From positions 4,544,001 to 4,608,000 of the forward strand of contig OZ245002.1 of assembly GCA_965223415.1 (NCBI GenBank): a stretch of DNA of 64,000 bases, read 5' to 3'. A program made the position numbers and the translations under genes. Shown here in pieces: positions 46,848-56,178 of the stretch (position 1 is its first letter; each line of letters begins with the position of its first letter). The notes beneath the pieces are model-generated. The model was given only the letters and a program-made list of their open reading frames with translations. It was not told the DNA's origin and did no database searches. Source of the stretch: Myxococcota bacterium. GTDB lineage: Bacteria; Myxococcota_A; UBA9160; UBA6930.

Positions 46848-49108
46848 ACCATGCGGATGCGGGGGTGGGCGGCTCGCTTGAGGAGCGCCTCCCGGTCGCT
46901 GCCCTCGGCCGGGTGGACGGCGTAGCCGAAGGCGAGGACGACGCGGATGGGGTCGTTCAGGCGGTCGTCCTTGGAGATGCGGTCGGCGACGGCGCGAGAG
47001 ACGGCGGTGACGCGCTCTTCGGGGTTCGGACCCGGGTCCGGGAGGAGGAGGGTGAACTCCGCCTCCTCGGTGCGGGCGAGGATGTCGAAATCGCGCAGCG
47101 GCTCGCGGAGGGCCATGGCGGTCTGCTGGACCAGGCGGTCGGCGCGCACCGGGTCGCCGGCCCGGCGGATCTCGTCCAGGTTCTCGATGCGGCAGGTGGC
47201 GAGGGCCAGGCGGCCCTCCTGGCCGCGGGCTCGTGCCAGCTCCTGGTCGAGGCGCAGGGCCAGGTACTCGGCGTTGGGCAGCCCGGTCTCCTCGTCGAAG
47301 TTCCGGTGCTGGCTCGCACTCGCGTGGTAGAGGGCGTTCTCGAGGGCCTGCTCGACGTAGGAGACGTAGCGGCCGAAGACCTGCAGGTCGTCGTCGTTGA
47401 AGGGGCCGGCGTAGAACTGGTCCGGCGCCACCTTGTCGTAGAGGCTCAGGGTGCCGATCACCCGGCTCTCGCGCCGGAGAGGTGCCGAGAGGACGGACTG
47501 GAAGCGTTCGCCGACCTCGGCGAGGCTCGTGTCGTCCTCGACCCGCCTGATCAGTCGCGCCTGGCGGGTCTTGAGGGTCGCGACCGCCACGCGCTTGTCG
47601 AGCTGGAAGAGCTGCTCCTGGGTGCGCTGGTCGCCGGAGCCGTAGTAGGAGCGGATCACGAAGCGGCGGGTCTCCGGATCCTGGAGCCGTAGCACGGCGT
47701 GGTCCGCCTCGAGGATCAGGGCGCCGGAGGAGGTCGCGAGCCGGGTCACCTCGCTGATCTCCCGGGCCGAGACCAGGCGGATGCCGGCCTCGTTGATGGC
47801 GGTCACCTTGGTCGCGCGGGCGGACATGCGCGCCTCGCGCTCGGCCTGGGCGACGGCCTCGGCGGCGGCGGCGGCGATCTCGAGCAGGGCTTCTTCGAGG
47901 CCGCGGCCGTGAGGGACCGGGGCGCCGGCCTGTACCGCCAGGAGGCCCACCAGCTCGCCGCCGGCCATGAGCGGGAGCGCCGCGTAGGCCAGCCGGCCGT
48001 CGGGTCCGTGCAGCATCATCGGCTGGCGGCTGCGGGCGGCGCGGCCATCGATGCCGTCGCCGCTCTCGACCCGCCAGTCGGCGCCGAGCCCGGCGCCCTC
48101 CAGGGAGGTGGCCACCCAGCGCAGGGCGTCCTCGATCGGGTCGTACAGATAGGCGGTGGCGATCCCGCCGCCGGCCCGCCGCGCCACGAGCTGGCAGAGC
48201 GTGCGCAGGCTCGTGTCGAGGGCGTCACCGTCCGCCAGCGCGGTGCGCACCTCGCGCACGGCGGCGTAGCGCGAGGCCTCCCGCCGCAGGGTCTCGTGCT
48301 CCTGGGCCCGGTGGATGATCTCCGCATCGAGCCGGCCGAGCTGCTCGGCAAACTCGAGGTCGTCGTCGTCGAAGGCGTCGGCGCGGGTCGCGTGGTGCAG
48401 GTTCAGCACGCCGAGCACGCGGCCCTCGTGAATCAGCGGCACGCAGAGGGCGCTCTCCACGTCGAAGCGCTCGCGCAGGACCTGGAACTCCGCCTGGTCA
48501 GCGTGGCCGCGCACCTTCAGGGGGCGGCCGTCGGCGGCGACCTTGCCGGCGATGCCCTCGCCGAGGGTCACGCGGATCTTCGGCCACAGCTCCGGCTCGA
48601 CGCCCACGGCCACCCGGATCGCCAGGTCGCCCCGCTCCGCATCCAGCAGCATCAGGGAGCCGCCGTCGGCGCCGGTCACGCTCATGGCGATCTCGAGCAT
48701 GCGCCCGAAGAGCTCCTGGGGCTCGACCGTCAGATTCACGGACTCGACGATCTCGTGGAGGGCCTGCAGCAGCTCGCCCTTGCGATCGCCGGAGGAGACG
48801 CCGTAGCCCCACAGCAGGCGGGCGGTGAGCGGCGAGACGATCTGGGCGCCGTCGGCGGCGATTTCCGGATGGGCCTCGGCGAAGGGAGGCAGAGTGCCCG
48901 CGTCCACCACCGCGTGGAGCGGGGGCCCGAAGAGCGCCAGGTCGTCGGTGAGCCGCAGCTCCTGGTGCTGCTGGACGGCCCGCTCCCGGGCGGAGGCGAG
49001 GTCCGGATCGTAGGCGCCGCGCACCTCGATCTCCGGATTGTCCTCCAGGATCGGGACCAGGGCGAGGCTCTCCTCGCTCACCCCGTAGATGGCAATGGCG
49101 CGGCGCAT
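46844..49108 (-). CDS. multi-GAF sensor with degenerate GGDEF domain
   Basis: GEGIAG.V/LCVPL..GVLNL, GDGIDG, LSAPL..IGTL (three GAFs); DEETGLPN then ARTEEAEF in place of GG(D/E)EF. Confidence 0.8.
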   Translation of the reverse strand: MRRAIAIYGVSEESLALVPILEDNPEIEVRGAYDPDLASARERAVQQHQELRLTDDLALFGPPLHAVVDAGTLPPFAEAHPEIAADGAQIVSPLTARLLWGYGVSSGDRKGELLQALHEIVESVNLTVEPQELFGRMLEIAMSVTGADGGSLMLLDAERGDLAIRVAVGVEPELWPKIRVTLGEGIAGKVAADGRPLKVRGHADQAEFQVLRERFDVESALCVPLIHEGRVLGVLNLHHATRADAFDDDDLEFAEQLGRLDAEIIHRAQEHETLRREASRYAAVREVRTALADGDALDTSLRTLCQLVARRAGGGIATAYLYDPIEDALRWVATSLEGAGLGADWRVESGDGIDGRAARSRQPMMLHGPDGRLAYAALPLMAGGELVGLLAVQAGAPVPHGRGLEEALLEIAAAAAEAVAQAEREARMSARATKVTAINEAGIRLVSAREISEVTRLATSSGALILEADHAVLRLQDPETRRFVIRSYYGSGDQRTQEQLFQLDKRVAVATLKTRQARLIRRVEDDTSLAEVGERFQSVLSAPLRRESRVIGTLSLYDKVAPDQFYAGPFNDDDLQVFGRYVSYVEQALENALYHASASQHRNFDEETGLPNAEYLALRLDQELARARGQEGRLALATCRIENLDEIRRAGDPVRADRLVQQTAMALREPLRDFDILARTEEAEFTLLLPDPGPNPEERVTAVSRAVADRISKDDRLNDPIRVVLAFGYAVHPAEGSDREALLKRAAHPRIRMV

Positions 49109-49136
49109 GGTGCAGCAGCCCAGCCCCGGCCGGGGG

Positions 49137-50168
49137 CTAGGCGTCCTCCAGCGGGTCGAGGCGGACCGTCAGCACCAGGCTGCGCTCCTCTCCCCGCTCG
49201 TCACGCAGGACGATGGGCACGGCTACGGCCCGGGACCCGTCGGCGCGCGCCGTCCCAACCTGGGCGATCTCGAAGCGGCCCTCCGGCGCTTCCGCCGCTG
49301 GCTCCGCCAGGTCCCCACCCAGGGCGTCGGCCGTGGCCTCCGTCGTCGCGGCCTGGAACGATTCCTCGAAGGTGCTCTCCGCCAGGGTCGTGGTGGCCTC
49401 GATGGCCTCGAGGTCGAGGACGTCCTCGGCCTCCGGAGCGACCTCAGCGGCGAAGCCCTCGGCCGGATCCTCCAGCACCAGCTCGGAGCCGACGCTCTCC
49501 GGCTCGAGCAGCTCCTCGGCGAGGCCCTCCGTGGGCACCGGGTCCGCCCGCGGTCCCGAGTCCTCGAGGGGGTCCGTCACCAGGGCCTCGGCGGCGTGCG
49601 CCGGTCCCCGATCGCGGAGCGTGCGAACGACCCGCTTGGAGATGGTGGTGAGGGTCTGGAGCACCCCGGTGCCCTCGGTGGCGACGGCCTCGAAGGCGGC
49701 CACGCCCGAGAGCTCCAGCTTGCGGTGCAGCTCCTCGAGGGCGAAGGGGTCCGAGAGGTCCCGCTTGTTGTACTGCACGACCATGGGCAGGTCCGCGAGC
49801 TCGCGGCCGTAGTCGGCGAGCATCTCCCGCAGCTCCGCCCAGCTCGCCAGGTTGGCGTCGAGCTGCTCCAGCTGGGTGTCGACGACGAAGACCACGCCGT
49901 CCACCTGGTCGAGGAGCTGGCGTCGAGTGGGCGCGTGCTCCTCGGTGCTCGGCGCCGTCTCGATGCGCAGCCGCGTGCGCAGGCCGCCCACGTCGCCGAG
50001 CTCGATGGGCAGGGCGTGGTAGCTCACCGAGGGGTCGATGCGCGTCGGATGGGCCTCGATCTCTCCCCGGTGGTCCGCCCGCAGCTTGGCGTGGATCGTC
50101 TTCAGGTTCGAGAGCTTGCCGGAGCCCGCTGCTCCCCAGTAGAGGATGCGGGCATTCACCTCGCCCAT
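49137..50168 (-). CDS. MglA-like small GTPase paralog with acidic C-terminal extension
   Basis: EVNARILYWGAAGSGK.SNL, VDGVVFVVD, P.VVQYNKRDL, FEAVATEG.GV. Confidence 0.8.
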   Translation of the reverse strand: MGEVNARILYWGAAGSGKLSNLKTIHAKLRADHRGEIEAHPTRIDPSVSYHALPIELGDVGGLRTRLRIETAPSTEEHAPTRRQLLDQVDGVVFVVDTQLEQLDANLASWAELREMLADYGRELADLPMVVQYNKRDLSDPFALEELHRKLELSGVAAFEAVATEGTGVLQTLTTISKRVVRTLRDRGPAHAAEALVTDPLEDSGPRADPVPTEGLAEELLEPESVGSELVLEDPAEGFAAEVAPEAEDVLDLEAIEATTTLAESTFEESFQAATTEATADALGGDLAEPAAEAPEGRFEIAQVGTARADGSRAVAVPIVLRDERGEERSLVLTVRLDPLEDA

Positions 50169-51268
50169 TAGATCTTTCCCTTCTTCTGCAGGAGCCGGCG
50201 CGCGTGGGTGCTGATGGGTGTCGCCACGTCCTTGCTCTTCATGATCGATCGGAGGTCCCGTTCCTGGAGGAAATTCAGGAACTTCATGGCGGTCGGCACG
50301 GGGCACTTGGGATTCGTGGCCAGTCCGAGCTTCACCTGGTAGTTCCGGGTCCACTCCCGGTTGTTGGCGATGATCCGCAGGACGTCGTCGGAGACGTTGC
50401 GGGCCTTCGCCAAGCTCTCGATCTCGTTGTCCGTCATCTTCGGGCTGCGGATCGCCGCGGTGCTCACGAGCTTGTTGCGGTCCCGGACGAGCAGACCGCG
50501 GGCCTCCTTGTTGCCCATGCGCGCCAGCTTGATCTTCTGCATCACGTTCATCTTCTGGATGAGGGCGTAGAGGTTGCTCTCGGCCTCCTCGTCCAGCTCG
50601 AAGTCGTCGTCGGTCTCTCGGACGAGCTCCTCGGCGAACTCGCTGGCGTCGTCGCCGAGCAGGGCGCGTAGCGCCTCGGCGGCGGCCGCGTCGGTGATCT
50701 CCTCCGTGGGCGGGAGGTCGCCCGTGTCCTCCTCCTCGATCACCTCGGCGCTGGGCCGGTCGAGGCCGAGGAAGGAGAGGATGCGGTCGATGGTCGCTCG
50801 TCCGGTGAGCGGATTGTCGCCCAGTGCGTCGACGATCGAGGGACAGCGCAGCATCGCCTGCTGGTTGTTGGCGACGATGTCCACCACCCGGCGGTGGGGA
50901 AGGGTGGCCAGGAAGGCCAGGCTGCGGTCGTCCACGGCCGAGTTCAGCGCCAGCTTCTCCATGCGCTCGGCGTCGTCCTTCCAGACGTGGGCGAGCCAAC
51001 CCAGCAGGGCCGGGTGCGCCTCCGCCGCGAGCACGGTGTGGGCCACGCCTTCCGGCAGACCCTCCAGGCTCCGGCCGGCGGTCTGTTTGACCTCGTCGTC
51101 CGGGTCGTGGACCAGGGCGAAGAGGACGGTGGCCAGCTCGACGGGCTCGAGGGGCAGGGCGCCGCCCGCGGCCATCCGGCGCACGGAGACGGGCGCGTCG
51201 CGGCGGACGTACTTCTCCGCCTGGGGGGACAGGGTCAGGCGGAGGGTCTGCTTCTCGGGTCCGGACAT
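50168..51268 (-). CDS. hypothetical protein, probably helical-repeat
   Basis: IQKMNVMQKIKLARMGNKEAR..L.RD.NK.V, NPKCP; GGAG RBS; TAATG coupling to MglA-like gene. C-terminal part of track ORF 50168..54118. Confidence 0.75.
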   Translation of the reverse strand: MSGPEKQTLRLTLSPQAEKYVRRDAPVSVRRMAAGGALPLEPVELATVLFALVHDPDDEVKQTAGRSLEGLPEGVAHTVLAAEAHPALLGWLAHVWKDDAERMEKLALNSAVDDRSLAFLATLPHRRVVDIVANNQQAMLRCPSIVDALGDNPLTGRATIDRILSFLGLDRPSAEVIEEEDTGDLPPTEEITDAAAAEALRALLGDDASEFAEELVRETDDDFELDEEAESNLYALIQKMNVMQKIKLARMGNKEARGLLVRDRNKLVSTAAIRSPKMTDNEIESLAKARNVSDDVLRIIANNREWTRNYQVKLGLATNPKCPVPTAMKFLNFLQERDLRSIMKSKDVATPISTHARRLLQKKGKI

Positions 51269-51330
51269 GAGCCGGCACACTCCTTCTCTCGTGGTCCCAC
51301 GAGCCAGGCGCGGCCGGATCGTGTCCGGCG

Positions 51331-53397
51331 CTACCCCTCGTCCGCGGCCTGGGCCTTGGCCTCGGCGATGATCTTGTCGCGTTCGCTCGCCGGGACCTCG
51401 TCGTAGTGATCGAACTCCATGTGGAAGGCCCCCTTCCCACCGGTCAGGCTGGTGAGGGCACTCGCGTACTCCAGCATTTCGGCCATGGGGACCTCCGCCT
51501 TGATCACCGCCGTATGGCCCCGGCTCTCGGTGGTCTGGACCCTTCCGCGGCGGCTGGAAACGTCGCCCATGACGTCTCCCACGAAGTCGTCCGGAACGGA
51601 CACCTCCACCCGCATGACCGGTTCCAGGAGGGTGGGCTTGGCCTTCTCCAGAGCCGCCTTGAAGCCGAAGGAGCCCGCCAGCTTGAAGGCCATCTCGTTG
51701 GAATCGACGGAATGGTGCTTTCCGTCGATGCAGCGGACCTTGACGTCCACCACGGGGTAGCCGGCAAGGGGGCCCACGTCCGCAGACTCGAGGACGCCCT
51801 TCTCGACGGCGGGAATCAGCCCCCGGGGGATGGCGCCGCCCACGATCTCGTCGCTGAACTCGAGCCCTTCCCCGCGGGGTTTCGGCTCCACCGTGAGGTA
51901 GCAGACGCCGAACATGCCCTTGCCGCCGGTCTGCTTCTTGAGCTTGCCCTCCACGTTCTCGGCCTTGCCCTTGATTGTCTCCCGATAGGGGACCTTCGGC
52001 GTCTTCAGGTCCACGTCCACCTCGTAGAGCCGCTTCAGCTTCTGGACGGTGATGCGGATGTGCAGCTCGCCCATGCCGGTGAGCAGGAACTCGCCGGTTG
52101 CCGGGTCCCGGCCGAGCTGGAGCGTCGGGTCCTCTTCCACCAGCCGCCCGAGGGAAGTGAAGACCTTGTCCTCGTCGCCCTTGGAGGTGGCGGAGATCGC
52201 GTAGGACAGGACGCCCTGGGGAATCGGGATCGGCTCCAGGGCGACGCCCCCCTTTTCCTGGCAGAGCGAGTTGCCGGTGTGGACGTCCTTCAGCTTGGCC
52301 ACGGCCACGATGTCGCCGGGGCCGGCCTCGGGCACGTCCACGTGCTCCGCACCGCGCAGGAGGAGCAGCTTGCCGAGCCGCTCCTTGGCGTCGCGGGTGG
52401 CGTTCAGGATGGGCGTATCGCCCTTGATCGTCCCGGACACGACCCGGAACACCGAGAGGGTTCCGGCGTAGCGATCGATCACGGTCTTGATCACCCGCGC
52501 GGTGAAGGGTGCGGCCGGATCGGCGGTGACCTCGATCTCGTCCCCGTCGAGGGTCGCCTTCCAGGCGCCGCCGCGATCCTCCGGCGAGGGCAGCAGCTGC
52601 TGGATCGCCCGCAGACAGGAGAGGGCGCCCACCTCGAGGGGGGCGGCGCCACACAGCACGGGCACCAGGCTGCGGCTGCGGGTTCCGGTGACCAGGCCGC
52701 GCAGGACGTCTTCGTCGGAGAGCTCGCCCTCTTCGAGGTACTTCTCGAGCAGCTCGTCGTCGCTCTCCGCAGCGGCCTCGACCAGCTCCGCTCGCGCCGC
52801 CTCCGCCTCGTCGGCCAGCTCCGCCGGGATGTCCGCGTCCTTCCCGTCGACCACGGCCTTCATGGCCAACAGGTCGACGACGCCCGACAGGCCTTCGCCG
52901 CTTCCGATGGGCAAGCAGAGCTTGATCGGGTTGATCTCCAGGTCCTTCAGGCTGGCCACCGCGGCGTCGAGATCGGCCCGGTCGCTGTCCATGCGGTTCA
53001 CGAAGGCGACCACCGGCACGCCGGCGCGAGCACTCGCCCGCCACATGCTCTCGGTGCCCACCTTCGCGCCGTCCCCGGCCGACACCACCAGCACGGCGCC
53101 GTCCACGCCGTGGAGCAGCACCTGGCCGTCGCCCTGGAAGTTCGGGTCGCCCGGCGTGTCCGCCAGGGTGAGGTGCAGGTCGTTCCAGTCGAAGCCGTAG
53201 AGGGCGGACGAGAGGGTGTGCTTGCGCTCCTGCTCCTCCGGCGTGGAATCGAGCACGGAGCTGCCGTCCGCCGGCGAGCCGAGGGCGTTCGTCGCGCCGG
53301 CCACGTGCAGGAGGCTCTCGCCCAGGGAGGTCTTGCCGTCCGCTGTGTGTCCGATGAGCGCGAAGGATCGCGTGTTGGCGACAGCGGTGTTCTGCAT
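51331..53397 (-). CDS. fusA: elongation factor G-like protein (EF-G2)
   Basis: GH..DGKT, DTPG, NRMD, GMGELH, PKVPYRETI, KKQTGG.G.FG, DG.HH.VDS.EMAF, LLEP; outside the str operon. Confidence 0.92.
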   Translation of the reverse strand: MQNTAVANTRSFALIGHTADGKTSLGESLLHVAGATNALGSPADGSSVLDSTPEEQERKHTLSSALYGFDWNDLHLTLADTPGDPNFQGDGQVLLHGVDGAVLVVSAGDGAKVGTESMWRASARAGVPVVAFVNRMDSDRADLDAAVASLKDLEINPIKLCLPIGSGEGLSGVVDLLAMKAVVDGKDADIPAELADEAEAARAELVEAAAESDDELLEKYLEEGELSDEDVLRGLVTGTRSRSLVPVLCGAAPLEVGALSCLRAIQQLLPSPEDRGGAWKATLDGDEIEVTADPAAPFTARVIKTVIDRYAGTLSVFRVVSGTIKGDTPILNATRDAKERLGKLLLLRGAEHVDVPEAGPGDIVAVAKLKDVHTGNSLCQEKGGVALEPIPIPQGVLSYAISATSKGDEDKVFTSLGRLVEEDPTLQLGRDPATGEFLLTGMGELHIRITVQKLKRLYEVDVDLKTPKVPYRETIKGKAENVEGKLKKQTGGKGMFGVCYLTVEPKPRGEGLEFSDEIVGGAIPRGLIPAVEKGVLESADVGPLAGYPVVDVKVRCIDGKHHSVDSNEMAFKLAGSFGFKAALEKAKPTLLEPVMRVEVSVPDDFVGDVMGDVSSRRGRVQTTESRGHTAVIKAEVPMAEMLEYASALTSLTGGKGAFHMEFDHYDEVPASERDKIIAEAKAQAADEG

Positions 53398-53418
53398 GAC
53401 GTCTCCCTTGGTGCCCGG

Positions 53419-54216
53419 CTAGGCCGCGGCGCGGTTCTTCTCGAAGAGGATGCGCAGTCCCTCCAGGGTGAGGAAGGGCTCGACGCGTTCGATCGTCTCG
53501 GCCTCGCGGGCGACGCGCTGGGCGAGGCCGCCGGTGGCGATGGTGCCGGCCTCCGGCCCCAGCTCGGCGCGGATGCGTGTGACCATGGCGTCCACGACGC
53601 CGGCGTAGCCGTAGAGCAGGCCGGACTGGATCGACTGGGTCGTCGTGCGGCCGATCACCGCCTTCGGCCGTACGAGCTCGACCCGGTGGAGCATCGAGGC
53701 CCGCTCGAAGAGCGCCTCCATCGAGATGTGCATGCCGGGGAAGATCGCACCGCCCAGGTACTCGCCCTTGGCCGACACGCAGTCGAAGGTGGTAGCGGTG
53801 CCGAAGTCGACGGCGATCACCGGGCCGCCCATCAGCTCGTAGGCGGCGACCGCGTTCACGATTCGGTCGGCGCCCACCTCGCGCGGGTTCTCGTAGCGCA
53901 CCGGCATACCCGTGCGGATGCCGGGGCCCACCACCATGGCTGGCCGGTCCAGGAGCTTGCGGCACACCCGCTCCCAGATCGGCAGGAGCGGCGGCACTAC
54001 GCTCGAGAGGATCACGTCGGTGAACGACTCGATCTTGCAGCCGCCCAGGTCGAAGAGCCCGCGCAGGGTGACCAGCACCTCGTCGGAGGTCTGCTCGCGG
54101 TGCGTCGCCATGCGCCAATGATGAACCAGCTCCCCCGGACCGCCGCCGTAGTCGAACACACCGAGAGTGATGTTCGTGTTGCCCACGTCGACGGCGAGGA
54201 GGACGGGGCTCGTCAT
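53419..54216 (-). CDS. coaX: type III pantothenate kinase
   Basis: LAVDVGNTN, SSVVP, EVGADR, VDFGTATT, GGAI.PG, ATGG. Confidence 0.95.
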   Translation of the reverse strand: MTSPVLLAVDVGNTNITLGVFDYGGGPGELVHHWRMATHREQTSDEVLVTLRGLFDLGGCKIESFTDVILSSVVPPLLPIWERVCRKLLDRPAMVVGPGIRTGMPVRYENPREVGADRIVNAVAAYELMGGPVIAVDFGTATTFDCVSAKGEYLGGAIFPGMHISMEALFERASMLHRVELVRPKAVIGRTTTQSIQSGLLYGYAGVVDAMVTRIRAELGPEAGTIATGGLAQRVAREAETIERVEPFLTLEGLRILFEKNRAAA

Positions 54217-55241
54217 CCCGCCCGTCCTTGTGGCCGCACGGAGGTGCCTCCGGGCTCCCCGGCCTCCGGCCGGAGGGTGACGTCGCCAGCGATCACCCGC
54301 TCGAGTCCGCCCTCGCCGCGCTGCAGTTCGAGGGTGCCGTCGGAGCCGATGCCGCCGGCGGTGCCAGTGCGCACGCCGCCGTCCAGGGCGGAGACCTCGA
54401 TCTTCCGGCCGCGCATCCGGTAGAACCCCTCGAAATCGGTGCGCAGGCCCTCGAAGCCGGTGTTGGCGTGGCGGTCGAGCACGGTTTCGAGAGTAAAGAA
54501 GAGACGCCGGGTGAAGTCCACCCGGTCGATCGGCCCGCAGGCGGCGGCGCACAGGCTGGTGGCCCGGGCCCGGAAGGCGTCGGGGAAGGTCTCCGGCGAG
54601 ACGTTCAGGTTGACGCCGATCCCGAGCACGAGATGCCCCACGCGGGTGGCCTCGGCGCTCATCTCCATCAGGATCCCCGAGACCTTGAGGCCGTCGACGA
54701 GCACGTCGTTGGGCCACTTGATCTCCACCCGGTCCGGATCGCCGAGGCGTTCTGCCACGCACTCGGCGACGGCGAGTCCCGCTCCGAGGATCAGCGTCGG
54801 TGCCTGGGCGATCGAGATCTCCGGTCGGAGCACGAGCGAGAGGTAGAGGTTCTGGTGGGCCGGCGAGTGGAAGCTTCGGCCCAGCCGGCCGCGCCCGGCG
54901 CTCTGGTGCTCGGCGATCACGGCGCTGCCGTGGGGCGCGCCTTCCCGGGCGAGCTCCCCGGCGACCCGGTTGGTCGAGTCGGTGGAGTCCAGGTGATGGA
55001 TCTCCCGGCCGAGCCACCGGGTCGCGAGCCCGCGCCGCAGCTCCTCCGGGTAGAGGCGGTCCGGTCGGGCCACGAGGCGGTAGCCGCCGCCCGGCGCGCC
55101 GTCGATCTCGTAGCCCCGGGCGCGCAAGGCCTGGACGTGCTTCCACACCTGGTTGCGACTCACGCCGAGCTGGTCGGAGAGCCGCTCGCCAGAGCAGGGC
55201 CCGGCCTCGAGGGCGGCGAGGATCTCCTCGGCGCCGCTCAA
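54213..55241 (-). CDS. birA: bifunctional biotin ligase/repressor
   Basis: HTH SGE.LS..LGVSR..VWKH, DSTN, Q.AGRGR.GR, KWPND, KVSGIL, GIGVN; TTG start overlaps nadC stop. Confidence 0.93.
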   Translation of the reverse strand: MSGAEEILAALEAGPCSGERLSDQLGVSRNQVWKHVQALRARGYEIDGAPGGGYRLVARPDRLYPEELRRGLATRWLGREIHHLDSTDSTNRVAGELAREGAPHGSAVIAEHQSAGRGRLGRSFHSPAHQNLYLSLVLRPEISIAQAPTLILGAGLAVAECVAERLGDPDRVEIKWPNDVLVDGLKVSGILMEMSAEATRVGHLVLGIGVNLNVSPETFPDAFRARATSLCAAACGPIDRVDFTRRLFFTLETVLDRHANTGFEGLRTDFEGFYRMRGRKIEVSALDGGVRTGTAGGIGSDGTLELQRGEGGLERVIAGDVTLRPEAGEPGGTSVRPQGRAG

Positions 55242-56110
55242 GCGCGTCTCCCGTCCCCGGACGCGACCTCCAGGGCGACGTCCGCGTTGGGTGCGGAGTG
55301 GGTGAGGGCGCCGATCGAGATGCGATGGACGCCGGTCTCCGCCAGCTCGCGCACGTTCGCGAGGGTGACGCCGCCGCTCGCCTCGAGCGGGACGCGATCC
55401 CGGAAGCGCGCCGCCAGCTCCCGCAGCTCCGCGGGCGAGCGGTTGTCGAGGAGCAGCAGGTCGGCGCCCGCCTCCAGGGCGGCCTCGGCCTGGGCCGCGC
55501 TCTCCACCTCGACCTGGATCTGCAGGTGCGGCGCCGCGTGGGCGCGCGCCGCCTTCACCGCGGCGCCGACGCCGCCGGCCGCAGCCACGTGGTTGTCCTT
55601 GATCAGGACCGCGTCGAACAGGCCGACCCGGTGGTTCGTGCCGCCGCCCGTGGCGACCGCGAGCTTGTCCAGGCTGCGGAAGCCGGGCAGCGTCTTGCGG
55701 GTGTCGACGATGGCGACGCCGGTGCCCGCCACGGCGCGGGCGAAGCGGCTCGTCCAGGTGGCCACGCCGCACAGACGGCCCAGGAAGTTCAGGGCGGTGC
55801 GCTCGGCGGCCAGCAGGCTGCGGGCGCGGCCGCGCAGCTCCACCAGCACCTGGCCCGGCTTGGCCCGGGCGCCTTCTCCGACCGAGGGCGCGAACACGGT
55901 GTCCGGATCCAAGGTTTCGAAGACCGCGGCCGCGACGGGCAGGCCGCACACGATCAGGGGCTCCCGGGCCTCGATCCAGCCGTAGAGCGTTTCGTCGGCC
56001 CCGAAGACCGCGGCGCTCGTCACGTCGCCGGTGCCAAGATCCTCCGCCACCGCGAGGTCGATCAGCGGCTGCCAGGTGCCGCGCGGGGGGAACGGGGGAA
56101 GGGGGCCCAC
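55238..56110 (-). CDS. nadC: nicotinate-nucleotide diphosphorylase
   Basis: EDLG.GDVTS, ERTALN, DTRKT.PG, NHR.GL.D..LIKDNH, LLDN, EASGG, ISIGALTHS. Confidence 0.96.
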   Translation of the reverse strand: MGPLPPFPPRGTWQPLIDLAVAEDLGTGDVTSAAVFGADETLYGWIEAREPLIVCGLPVAAAVFETLDPDTVFAPSVGEGARAKPGQVLVELRGRARSLLAAERTALNFLGRLCGVATWTSRFARAVAGTGVAIVDTRKTLPGFRSLDKLAVATGGGTNHRVGLFDAVLIKDNHVAAAGGVGAAVKAARAHAAPHLQIQVEVESAAQAEAALEAGADLLLLDNRSPAELRELAARFRDRVPLEASGGVTLANVRELAETGVHRISIGALTHSAPNADVALEVASGDGRRA

Positions 56111-56178
56111 CCCACGAGTCTAACGGACGGCCGACCCGGTCGACCGAGCGTGTCCCGGGGAAGGGGCGTGGGGTCGGC

